A stretch of DNA of 64,000 bases from Lama glama (taxonomy: Eukaryota). A program made the position numbers and the translations under genes. Below, piece by piece: positions 52,291 through 64,000 of the stretch; positions within the stretch are counted from its first letter, which is position 1, and each line of letters starts with the position of its first letter. Location: contig CM052816.1 in assembly GCA_028534125.1 (NCBI GenBank), positions 55,554,001-55,618,000 of the forward strand, in the 5' to 3' direction. The notes beneath the pieces are model-generated. The model saw nothing but the letters and a program-made list of their open reading frames with translations. It did no database searches and had not been told where the DNA came from.

Positions 52291-53949
52291 TGGAGTGTCT
52301 CCTCTCACTTTCACTCTTACTTATTTCTATAAAATGTGATGAAGCCTACAAGCCTTGCTGCAAATGCAAGCATGTAATTGAGAAATCATACAAAAATAAG
52401 AAAAATATTCATTAATAATTATGGTAAGTGAAAAAAATGAACAAACACACACTCTCCCCCCATCTCCATACACACAAAATGCCACTTAGCTTTAGGGAAG
52501 TCAGAAAGAACAAACAGTTACACCAGAAATTAATATCACCTTGTAAACTGACTATACTTAAATTACAAAAATAAATAAAATAAAATAAAATAAAAAGAAC
52601 AAATGGCACCCACCCTTTGGATCTTACAGAACTCAGTGAACCAAAAGGGAAAATTCTTCATGGCTCTTAAGGCTTTACCACTGACATGATCCTAAAATTT
52701 AAATCAAGGTACCAAACAGTTATATTTTAGTTTACTTTAATCGTATGAATATAATATTAAGGTAACCAAGTCTAGACATATATGAAACTTCAATGTTAAT
52801 ACCTAATGTCGAATTTGATCTCATAATGATTAACTGTATGAATGAACTGTCATAATACATTCGCCGTGACTGACTTAAAAATCACATATATTACTGCCTA
52901 GAATATGTGTAGAAATAATTTATATTAATGAAGCTTGACAAACAAATGTATTTTTAATATGAAAAAAATCAAATTAATATACTTCTAAGAATACATCAAG
53001 TTTTCAGAGTAAGGTTTTAAATTAAATTCCAGAATATTCCCAAGACAATCTCTGAAACTCTTATTTAAAACACGTATATTTTTAAAATGTAAATATCTGC
53101 TAAATGCTTATATGAACAGATAATTTTAATCCCTTAAACCAAAAATGCACTTGTATTATATAATTTTCACAGTAAGCCAGATGTATCTCTGCCTCTGGAA
53201 AACACCATGATTTTCTTATAAAAAAAAAAGGAAAATGAATCTCATGCTTTGATTTCCCTAGGGAATTTTTCTTTTTGATTTCCAATCTAGTAATCATTGG
53301 AAATGTTTCTACCTCCTTGATCAGGCCTCAAAGGTTGGAAGTCAAAGACTCTGAAAACAGCATCTATTTACTTTAACAGAGATTAGAACCATATAGCTTG
53401 TTACCTCTTTTACTCAAAGGCTTAGCGCTAAGACTAATAGCAACCTTGGCTTCTTGTTATGTGATAATTCTATAAGGTTAAAATAAAGTATTGGTCTTTA
53501 TTAAAGAGAGAGCTTAAATTTATCAGACTTCAGAATTCTAAACCATAATAGCATTAGCAGATTTGAAAAACCTACTAAGTTAATATTTTTGCCAAAGACC
53601 ACTTGTTCTATGCCAGTAAATTATTATGGTTAACTAACCCTGGTATTAAATCTACACATGGTATAGAATTATGAAAATTGATTAAGTGCTGACAGAAGCT
53701 TCCAGTATATGCAGCACTCTATACTGCCACGTACAGTAAGAAGCAAAATTTCATCTACAAATGAAATATGCATCTCTTAATACTACTAAAATAATTACCT
53801 TTAATGATACTTCACAGGTGCTAGGAAAACCAAGAAAGCAGCACAACAAACTCCATAATGTGTAATTAAGTGACTCACTTCTTACAAATAGAATACAGCA
53901 GAAGCAGAAGTGATAAGATATCATGTCCAAAAACGAGTTATAAAAGAAT

Positions 53950-54196
53950 ATGACTTCCATCTCAAACACTGTCATTCTCTCTTGGATTACTCACTGTGGG
54001 AAAGCCAGCTGCCACGAGAGACAGCCCTGAGAGGAGCTAAATGTATATGAGCTTGGAAGTAGATCCTCCTACAGCCAAGGCTTCAGATAAGACTGCTGCT
54101 CTGGACAAGACTTGACTGCATTCTTATGAGCCAGAGGTGCTTAGTTAAGCCCAGCCAGGATCCTTGGTGCACAGAAACCATGGGATAGTAAATTTA
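53950..54196 (+). mobile_element. MaLR LTR fragment (MLT1E/F-like)
   Basis: aaagccagctgccac...gagcttggaagtagatcctcct...cttcagataagactgc...cacagaaaccatgggatagtaaat. Confidence 0.7.
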
Positions 54197-57091
54197 TAGC
54201 TTATTCTCAAATTCTATAATTATCTCATCACAGATCAGCACTGGTCCACATACCGCATTTCGAGTAGCTCTGCTCTAAAACAGTTGTATACTAAAGATTA
54301 TTAATGTTTTCATTTAAATAAAGGTGAAAAATTAAAATATACTAACAAGCCAATCAACTACATAACTTTTATGCCAAATAACTTTTTCTCCTGGAATGTG
54401 TGCAAAAAAATTTAGGCAATATTTTTTGTACTTAGTACAGTTAAAATATTTCAGGAGGGCAAAAACTGGCATAGTGTTAGGCCACTGAGACTGTTACTTA
54501 ATAAATATATGTTGAATGAATAAATGATGGGCAGATTAATATACAGAAAGGAATAAAATTAATAGTAACACCTCAGTTAAGTCTTTTTAAATGCAATAAT
54601 CATAAAAGTTAGCATTTGGATCTCACAGTGTTTTACATCCATTATCCTATTTAATTTTCTTAAGAGATGAGGAAACGAAGGTGCAAATTCAGTTAAGTAA
54701 CTTAGATAAGGTCATAGAGATTTGGGACTTCCAGATATGGCTTCAAAGCTGTCACACTTAACCATTACACTATAAATACAAAGAAGGTAAAATTAGTGGA
54801 ATCTTAAAAAAAAAGGAACAGTAGTTGTTTTATAGACTGATAATGGAAGTAACATCAAAGTACTGTGAATGATACCAGATAAAATATCATACATTCACTG
54901 TAATAGAAAGCACAATTTATATTCCTAAACTTATTTTTAAATGATATCATGATTTTGAAAAATCTAAGAGCCTAAGAAGTCTTCAAATGAAGAATGTGAA
55001 ATAATGACAAGGAAACTAAAATAAAATTATGAAAATACTATGTTCATTCAGAATTTTCTAAAAACCAGGAACTTTTTAAAACGAGTATCTTGAAATGTGA
55101 AAAACACTGTACAAAGAAAAATATATTTCAGGATCAACTGCAGATCTTCCTAGTGGCCTAGTGAAAGGCAGTTTCTTCAATAATAATGGCATCTAAATAA
55201 ACAGTTCATTTTTATCAGTTACTGCCTTACCTAATAACTTAAAATCAACCATCAAAATAAAAAGCCCTATATTTCCATCTAAAGCAATACAGAAAATAAA
55301 GAGAAAGCATCGTTCATAAAAAGAAAGCCTTTTTTTCTCTGAAAATGAGAATTTCCTAAATCTTGTCTTTGTGCAAGTCAAAGTAGCAGCAAAAATGATT
55401 TCTCTTTTACAATAGTTAGCCATTCCTTCCCTTTTCAAGATATAGTGAACCTCTCTGAAGATGGAAGGAAAAATGAAACAGATGAAAATAGAAAGTATGA
55501 AATTCCAAAGGTTGGCTATATTTGTTAAAAATATGTATGATAATGATAATATTTTCTAGTAACTTACCATATGCCAGGCAAGTACTAACTGCTTAAGCAT
55601 TCTCTCATTTATTCCTCATGACCATTCACTAATTTAAATATTATCCCAATAGAGTATATGTTAGTAAAATACATAAATAAATTGAGGCTTAGAGAATTTA
55701 TGTAATTCTCTCATGATCACAGGTATCCAAGGCAGAATTCAAATCCATATTCTGTCTTCAGAGTCCACATTTTAATCTGTATGCTAAATATGTAAGTACT
55801 GCCTATGATACCAGTAGGCTTATTTTACCTTCATTCTTGAAAGATATTTTTAATTAGATACAGAATTGAGTTGACAGTTTTTTTCTTTCAGATGTTGCTT
55901 CACTGTTTTCTAGCCTCCATTATATCCTGTTAAGATCACAGTTGTTCAAATTGTTCTTCCTTCTATGTGATGTGTCATTTCTTTCTGAGTGCTTTCAAAT
56001 TTTTCCTCTCAATCTTTGGTTTCCTAGATGACCTGCCTACGCACATACCTTCCTTCAAAGGACAGATCTAGACCAGGTTCCTGCATTCTCCAAGAATAGT
56101 TCTCTCTACTCCCGCCTCCTCTTCATCCGCCCCTTTAAAGATCTGAAGGTTTTCTCTGTCCCCAATGTGCAGCAGAGCTGCCTTCCTCATTCTCTTGTAC
56201 ACTCATATTGCATATATGTAAATTTTTTTTCTATTTTTTCAAAATACTCCCTAATGAGAAAGATAAAAAAGGCTTTCCAAGGCTTCAAAATTTTCCAATC
56301 TTTTTTTTTTTAAAGAATATGACCTACAAAATCTATTTGATTTATGAACCTGTTTAACTTACATCTGCAAGATCAAGCACTATAGTACTTACTCTTAGTG
56401 ACAAAATAGTTTGGGTTCTCATTCTGTAAAAAAACTAGCAATAATCCCTAGAAAGAAGCAATGGCCTTTTAATCAAGGGCTTTGTCTCTGGAATTTACCA
56501 GTATTTCTTTACTTCACACATCTTTTCACTTGTCTGCTTGAGTAAATATTATCACATGTTGGTCACTGATCCCCTTGACTTCACTTTGGTTTTTGGTAAT
56601 TCTTTCAGCTCATGATATATAAAGTACGGTTCTACTGTGAAACGCTTGCTACAATGGGATATACATGATATCCATGCTTTTCTTATGTAAAAAACTGAAA
56701 AGTTCTGTTAATATTTTAGGTATTTCTAACAAAAATGGCCTATTTAGATGTCCTAATGGGCAAATATTTATTATATGCTTTACAAATGATTTTTATAAAT
56801 CTACTTTTATATTTTATACATCCAGTTTTTTAAAATAAAAATATTTCACTGGATTGGGTGAAGAGAAATGAACTAGTAGTATATTAAGATGTGCTTTGAT
56901 ATTTAAGATGAATACCTTATTTGGTCAAATTATTATTATTTTGGAATGGATTACAATGGTTAACCTTTCCCCTAAGAATAGGTGAAAGAAATAGAAACCA
57001 GTCCTAACACTTTTACCTGAGCTAGGAGAAGGAAATACAAACTAGTTCAGGTTTGGCTATGAAATACAATGAAGGAATGTAGTCATATTAA

Positions 57092-58585
57092 CCCTTGGTA
57101 TACCACAAAGATCTATTAGACTCAATTTGAGTTTTTCCTTTGAGCAACTTTATTCTAAGCATTGATATTTCATATCCTAGTCCTTCTAAGGAATCTTCCA
57201 AAGAACAAAAAAAATTATTCTTCTTTTTATTAGAATAAAATTCACTCTGTCTTGGAATCTCTATATGGATCTATTCGAATGCTTTACAAATTGAAGATAC
57301 ATGATGGTGATCCCTTTATAAATTGAAGATACCTTATGGTATCTCAGGGATGTAATTTTTCCTATTTTTGAATATTTTGTTATTTTACCATCCTAGGAAT
57401 TATTTATTCATTACTAATCAACTATTTTTAAAAATAAGGAGAAAACGGAATGGAATCATCTAGAAAGATGATCTAGTAGTGAAATAAATCATCACCATTA
57501 CATTGTCCTTCAGTTTTTTTTATTGTGTTGCCCACAGTATCATATCTTTGAAAGAAAGCATAAGAGAAGCATAGAAACACTATTTTTGCATATTTTTTCC
57601 TTTTTTGATAGCTTGCATTAAATACAGTTGAGATTTCTAAATTTTTCACTTTCTGTCCATACTGGCAAAAAGAGGAAATCTGACAAAAGAGTTTCACAAT
57701 TATCAGACAAATCAGAAGGTGAATGTAAAGAGACTAATAGCAGTCTAGACTATAATGATGGTGAAATTAATCTTCTAAGCAAAATCTCAGACTATGAAAT
57801 TTCAGCTCATTTAAATGGATATATTTTCTCAAACCCAAGAATCAATGAGTGAACAATGCACTTTTAAGAATAAAAAGCAAACATTGCATTCCCGTCCAGT
57901 TAGTCATTCAACAGGAAGGACTTCATCACAGAGTATTTTGCAACAAGAACTTGGAACATCCCATTTTGCTAACAGGATGTATGACAGTGTTCTTTCATCC
58001 TTTATGATGTTTGTGCACTAAAAGTTACTTAACACAGTTTGTAAGAGAACAAATGTCTAAAGCAGATATACATACAAAGGAGATAGGAAGGAAATTATGA
58101 AGAAATAAAAACTTTATTGGGCTTTATTCTAACTAGTGTTTATAAATATAAAAATAAAAATGTTTTACAATTAATGAAGAAAAAAATGCTTGCTTTCTCT
58201 TTAGCAAGATTATGAGGTATCAAAGCTTTTAATGTTACTGCATTTGGATGATATAAGTGCAACATTAAGAGCCAGAAGTTATGATAAGCTAGAATCTATT
58301 AAACATGTATATGAAATCTAGACTCTTTATTTAAAAAAATGGATAGTATTAAGATCATGCATAAAAGGTGATGAGCAGCTAGTTACTTTCAAAGGACATT
58401 ATCCATAATTCAGGAAAATATGAAACAAAAAATTTGAGCTTACTAAGTTTTGACTTTTATTACAATGTCTAATAAAGTTGTTCACTATCCCTTTATTGTT
58501 ACCTCTCAAGATTATTCGTAAGTTACTCCAAAATAAAAAAAAAATGGTGACAAATGCCAGTGACTACTAGTCATGATATACTGAG
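57092..58585 (+). mobile_element. piggyBac-family DNA transposon fossil (Looper-like), internally deleted
   Basis: TTAA|CCCTTGGTATACC at 57088; degenerate inverted end gatatactgag|TTAA at 58575-58589; transposase remnants TGRTSSQSILQQELGTSHFANRMYDSVLSSFMMFV, RARSYDKLESIKHVYEI and DEQLVTFKGHYP. Confidence 0.85.
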
Positions 58586-58916
58586 TTAAATCAATACGTA
58601 ACTCCTCTTTCAACATTAGACAAAAGGATAATTACAACAGGCTCTAGAGATCACTTAAATTATTCGTGGGTAATCAGAACACAGACTTGCCAACACACAC
58701 ACACTCCTTTAGTTAACAGTCATAGAAAAAAATTGTAAACTGGCTACATAATATGTTATTGCAGCTTAACAATGTATGTGGATGAATTTCCTTTCAAGAA
58801 AATTGTTAAACTAAAGAAAAACTATGCAGCATACCTAGAATGTAACCTGGCTCTAACAGATACTTAAATGTTTCTTCATAATAATAATACAGTTGTTGTT
58901 GTTGTTTGTCTAAAAA

Positions 58917-59122
58917 CAGTTGGCCCTCCATATCTGCAGTTTGCACATCCTGGGAGTCAATCAACCAAAGCCAATCCGCAGTTGGTTGAATCCGCAGGTG
59001 GGGAACTGCAGATACGGTAGGCCAACTGCACGCCATTGTTACAGGAAGGACTTCAGCATCCATGAATTCTGGCATCTAAGGGATCCGGAAGCCAAACCCC
59101 CAAAGGATACTAACAGACAACT
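58917..59122. mobile_element. TcMar-Tigger MITE (MER2B-like)
   Basis: Terminal inverted repeats cagttggccctccatatc...ggatactaacagacaactg and an internal inverted copy ...gatacggtaggccaactg. Confidence 0.8.
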
Positions 59123-59149
59123 GCATATGTGTTAAAAGTACATATTATA

Positions 59150-59345
59150 AGCCTCTGAGGTTCAAAAGTCTGGGCTAGACTATTTACTTGCTACAACCTT
59201 GGGCAACTTACTTAACTTCTTTGAACTTTAATTCATTTATATGTAAAATAGATAATGTCTATCTTATAGGATTTTTGTGAAAAGTTAATACTAAATGTAA
59301 CAAACCTGAAGCAATGTCTGACACTTGAATAGGTCTTTAACGAAT
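59150..59345 (+). mobile_element. MIR
   Basis: atttacttgctacaaccttgggcaacttacttaacttctttgaacttt...tgtaaaatagataat. Confidence 0.7.
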
Positions 59346-62300
59346 GATACTACATCCTTATGAAAAACTATGATGAATTTGGTTCTTTAGTCTCTCACTA
59401 ATTTTAACAGTGCTAGTGATTTTTCTCCTGGGCCTTGTTATTGCAATTCCTTATTAACTGAAATTCATCATCAACCTTCAGTCATCTTCCAGCTAAACTT
59501 ATTCCATTCACCTATATTTACTGAATACTTACTATGTGACAGACAATTTTAAAGCTTTACTTGCTCTTTAATAATAACTATTAAAAACATCAATAGCTTT
59601 ATGCACTTATTCCTTCCTGCATTTCGAAATAGTCTAGGATTACTATCTGTATTCTAGGGTAATAAAACACTAGGAAATAATGAGTCTATGAAAGATATGG
59701 TATACATCTCATTTTTTAGCACCCCAATCAGGATCATCGTACAGCAGGTCTTAAATATTTTAAATGAAGACAGAGATGAATTGTATATTTATAAACTATA
59801 TCACCATAACAACACATATATTATTCAGCTTACTTAACTAAGAAGAGGATCTGAAATTACAGTAAAAGTGAAACAGTGAAAGGGCAGGGAGAAAAACAGG
59901 AAGCAAAAAACATTTACAAAATAACTATCATGAGGATTCTACCAACACTTAAGAATACCACAATGCTTCATATAGTATGGCTTTTACACACTAACAAAAG
60001 AATTTCTCAGTATAACAGAACGAGGTTAAAAGTTAGTGCCTCAAAAGCTTGGGGAGAAAAACAGAACGAAAATGTATACATGCAGAGAGCGGACACTAAT
60101 ATCCGTATTCATCTATTCTAAAGGTGTACTACATACTTTTTAGTCTAAAGGATTTACTATTATAGTGAAATCTATGAAATACCAACTACTCCTGACGTGT
60201 TTTTACCTCAAAAAAACAAATAGATATAAATAAAAGATACTGAAATACACTTAGAAACAATGATCAGTACACATATGTAAACTAAAAATACGTAGTGTAT
60301 TGTATATGTATGTACATGCAATATAATGTATATGTGCAGTCAAACTGTAATCATTCTACCTAATAAAACTGAAAAAGTATAATCAGTTCAAAAGAAAGAT
60401 AATGGAATACAGTTTCAGTATTATTCAACAGTAAGAAAGAATATTTCTTCTTGGAACATGTCTGGCTTGGTTCTCCTCTGTACAACAGGAAACAGGATAA
60501 AAGGGTAGCCTACATGTTCTTTGAAATTCTGTTTCTGAAATCACCGTCTTATTGCTGAATGTTACAACTTTCCACAGGATGTGACATTTTCCTAAGTGCC
60601 TGTGTGTAGTGCATTAAGTTATCAATGAGTACCTCTCACTTCCCGAAATAAAGTTGTCCTTGGAGAGTTAAATGGTAAAAATCGACACTTAGTGAGTCTA
60701 AGACATGTATACAAAGTCACCTTAAGGATCAGAGTAACAGGTAAGTCCTAGCATTATGAGCATAACACAATAATAATAACTGATGTCAAAAAAACAGAAG
60801 TCTTTCAACTCAAATGGGGTCTGGGTGACTAGAAACAGACCAAAGAAAAAGAAAGTAAGCAAGGTAAATACTGGCAGTGCTTACTTAAATATCCATCTCC
60901 ATAACAGAGATAACCTAACAATGCTACAGACCATTTACAATCATAAAAATATGAGACTGGGGTATAGGAAAAGGACATCAAGCCTATATTTGAAACCAGG
61001 AGATGAGGAGACATCACAGAGCCTGGAAAAATGGTGAGAAGATTAGAGGCTCTTGAGATGCTGAGGTGTGAAAAAAGACTGAAGTAAGAATTAAGAATAG
61101 GAATAACACAGTTTTCTCTTCTTTATTCCTAGCTGTCAATTAAAATAGGATGGAAGGCATGTTATGAAGGCTCTATTATAGCTTAATTTTCCCCCACCTT
61201 CTATTTCTCACCTATTCCCTCCTCTGCTTTTCTCATCACTGCTGCCAATGCCTGCTTGCAGTAGAGGAGGAACAGAAGAGGCAAAATAGTAACAGACAAT
61301 AGTAATACACAACGCATACAAACAACAGTAATGCAGGGCAAGGGGAGGAATGAGGAGAAAAAGCAGTACCAGTATATGCAGGAAGGAGAGAAATTCTGCA
61401 GATGTCTGGCTGTGGGGACCATTCACATATAAAGAATACACATAAATTGGTCAGATTAATTACAAGGTTCCTTTTATTCAACTAAATTTTATGCTTGGCT
61501 TTTGATATTTTTCTCAGCAACTGGAAAATTTGTTCTATTACTTAAAAGACTTGGTAAATCCTTTAATAAAGTTCATTCATAGGCTAGTACACTTACACTG
61601 GATATATATATATACAGCTATAAAGATCTAAGTCTAACTGAAAGTCATTAATCTGTAAGATATGCATGCCAGATGCTGATTATAGACAGGTAAAATATAG
61701 TCTTTTTTTTTTTGCACCAACCTAAAAATTTAAGATACATAGGGGAGCAATCCTCTCAATATTCCTACATTCACTTTACACACGTTTGTATACTACCCCA
61801 TTCTGTGAATACACTTGCAAAGATATTTCAAAAGAATTCTGTATAATGTCACAAAAGATGAATACATGCAAGTTTCTGACAGCCCCTTATATATCTGAAA
61901 TTAGTGTTTACGTCATCAGAAATTGACATGATATACATTTCATATAAATGAATATCCATTTTGATATGCTTAAGTAAATACCAGTTTACAAGTGCATTTA
62001 ACACCACAACTGGGATATACAGAGCAAGAAAGAGAGAGAGACTGATTATACTGATGCCATTTATTAAGTTAGCATTTATTAAATACACATCCCAAGTCAT
62101 ATAGCTATTAAGGGTGAAACCACTAGGATTCATACCAAGGGACTTTGGGCTTGCTCACTCTAAACAAATTAAGAATCATCACAGTAGCAGAAACTATATG
62201 ATTATTTAATAGGTCTGACAGGAACATTAAGCCAGACAGGCTAATATGATCAATTAGTAGTCAAAAGTGGGGGGTGGGAAGCAAAAAAAAAAAACCCATT

Positions 62301-63829
62301 CAAAAGGGCAAGCAGTACACGCTAAATTGGAAAGGGCTTACAGACGCATTTTAAAATCTTTTAAATTTCTGAACTTCATTTAGGGGATATGCTGAATGTC
62401 ACACACATGGTAGTAACATTCCCTCCACCCCACCCCCCCAAAAAGGAGAGAGATCTATCAATTCATAATACTTTTAACATGACAGCACATTAATAAGTTT
62501 ATATAACTTGGTGGAAAGAGAAGAGCAAACAGGACAATACTTTTTCCTTTAAAATTCCAGATAGCCACTGTTTTAACTAAAAAGACCTGGGGCAAATGGC
62601 CTGCAAGGATCAGTATAAGTAGAATTAGATAACAGGATTAGAGGAGAGGATTTATCACTGTCAGGTGACAGGAGTACAAGTTACCTTTCAGTTTACAGAA
62701 CACTAGTTCAACTCTTACAGTTACCTGTATATCTTTCTCACCTTGTTTTCTGTTACAATCTCCTTTAATGCAGACTCCAACTTCTCCCCTCTTTTTTTTT
62801 TACCTTTCACTATTTTAAAATCACCCACAATAGTCAGCATGATATCCTGCATACTGTATGCTTCTTGAATTAAATTATTAATTGAAAGATAAGGTAAAAT
62901 ACATTTTAATTCTATTGAATGCCTTCTATGTGCTGAGCACTACTCTGAGGACTAAAAATAGAAAAAAGTTACAAAAAATGGCTAAAAAATTTTAAAAACT
63001 CAAGTTTTAGTGGAAGAAAATAATATATGCAGTCTAATACATCAATTTAAACATTTATCATGTGCTATGCCTTTGAAAAGAAGTAGTATCTGTGTGGTAC
63101 TTGACAATGAGATTTTCATACATGTTAAATGATTTTTCCCTTCGGAATGTCCCCTCTCCTGCCCTTACAGTTAGAAACATACTATAATGCAAATTATATA
63201 TATATGAGATATGTCTATCATTTCTAGGCAGCCTCCCACTCCCAACAAATCACAGAAGGGGTAGACTTATATTCCACAATTTCAGGAAGAGTTGATTAGA
63301 GCATTGGCTGGCCAACTTCACCTGTTTCTTTTAAGAATCTGAACTAAGAGACACTGAGAGAGCCCTGAAACTGAGGGTAGTTAAACCAATTTGGACAACA
63401 TGCAAGATAAGAGCTGAAAAAGACAAGGGAATTGAGATTAAGAACACAGAAAACACACAGATGAAAGATACCATGAGGCCCCAGAGATGAACACAAAAAC
63501 ACCAAGTCCTCATTTTCCAAGTTTCCAACATGTACGAGGCCTGGCTGAGGAGTCAGAGATCACAGTAACATTTCTTTACTTGAATTACCACCAATGTATC
63601 TCTACCTCCTTCAGTCAAAAGAATCTTGATAAGACAGGTAACAGTAAAGTATCTAACTGGTCAACCAAAATAAACTGACGGCTATTCCCAATGTGGTTCA
63701 TTCTGAAACTGTAACCTCCTACTACAATCTCCTTCCAATAGCTTGCTAAAATGCCATCCTATCACCATCCTCTGTCTTCAGTGGTGACGGGGGACCCGGA
63801 CATACTACTGGGCAGTGTAAACTAATGCA

Positions 63830-64000
63830 ACCTTTACGATGACAATTTGACAGTATTGCACTGTAAAATGTACATATTCTCTATTTCAGCAGCCCACTGT
63901 TGGGAATTTATGCCCCAAAAAGAGCTAGACAAGTACACAAAAATAAACTAATGTTTCCTTATAGCATTTTTGTAATCTCAAAAAAATGAAAATTTTTGAT
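63830..64000 (+). mobile_element. L1ME-like fragment running off the window edge
   Basis: gacaatttgacagtat...tttcagcagcccactgttgggaatttat...atgtttccttatagcatttttgtaat. Confidence 0.55.

Noticed and set aside
44470..64000. POLK first exon / CERT1 bidirectional promoter
   Set aside because: No CpG island appears in this interval; the promoter probably lies beyond the window.
1..64000. CRISPR arrays, operons or other prokaryotic-type systems
   Set aside because: The sequence is mammalian with spliceosomal introns; no regularly spaced repeat-spacer array was seen.

Overview
Mammalian genomic DNA, most likely camelid (alpaca/camel), judging by tRNA-Ala-derived Vic-1-type SINEs and a young L1 3' end. 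The window holds the complete coding region of POLK (Y-family DNA polymerase kappa) on the minus strand. It has 14 coding exons from ATG 44461 to TGA 8825, all introns are GT-AG, and the 2637-nt CDS gives 878 aa. The catalytic DMD/SLDE motifs, REV1-interacting FF, two UBZ fingers and the C-terminal PIP box are intact. The non-coding first exon and promoter of POLK probably lie beyond the right edge. At ~2.1-2.75 kb a CpG island contains the first exon of the next minus-strand gene, recognised as ANKDD1B; its ATG is out of frame with the conserved exon-1 peptide. The remainder is intronic or intergenic, with many fossil repeats (L1, L2, MIR, MaLR/ERV LTRs, hAT and Tigger MITEs), a ~1.5-kb piggyBac-family (Looper-like) fossil with TTAA-bounded termini, and a 500-N assembly gap. 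I found no convincing new biological system. The most notable observations are the ANKDD1B exon-1 frame disruption, a 7-aa N-terminal duplication in POLK, the piggyBac fossil, and possible routes to POLK isoforms lacking the PIP box. Comparisons with human proteins and repeat subfamily names come from memory and need database confirmation.
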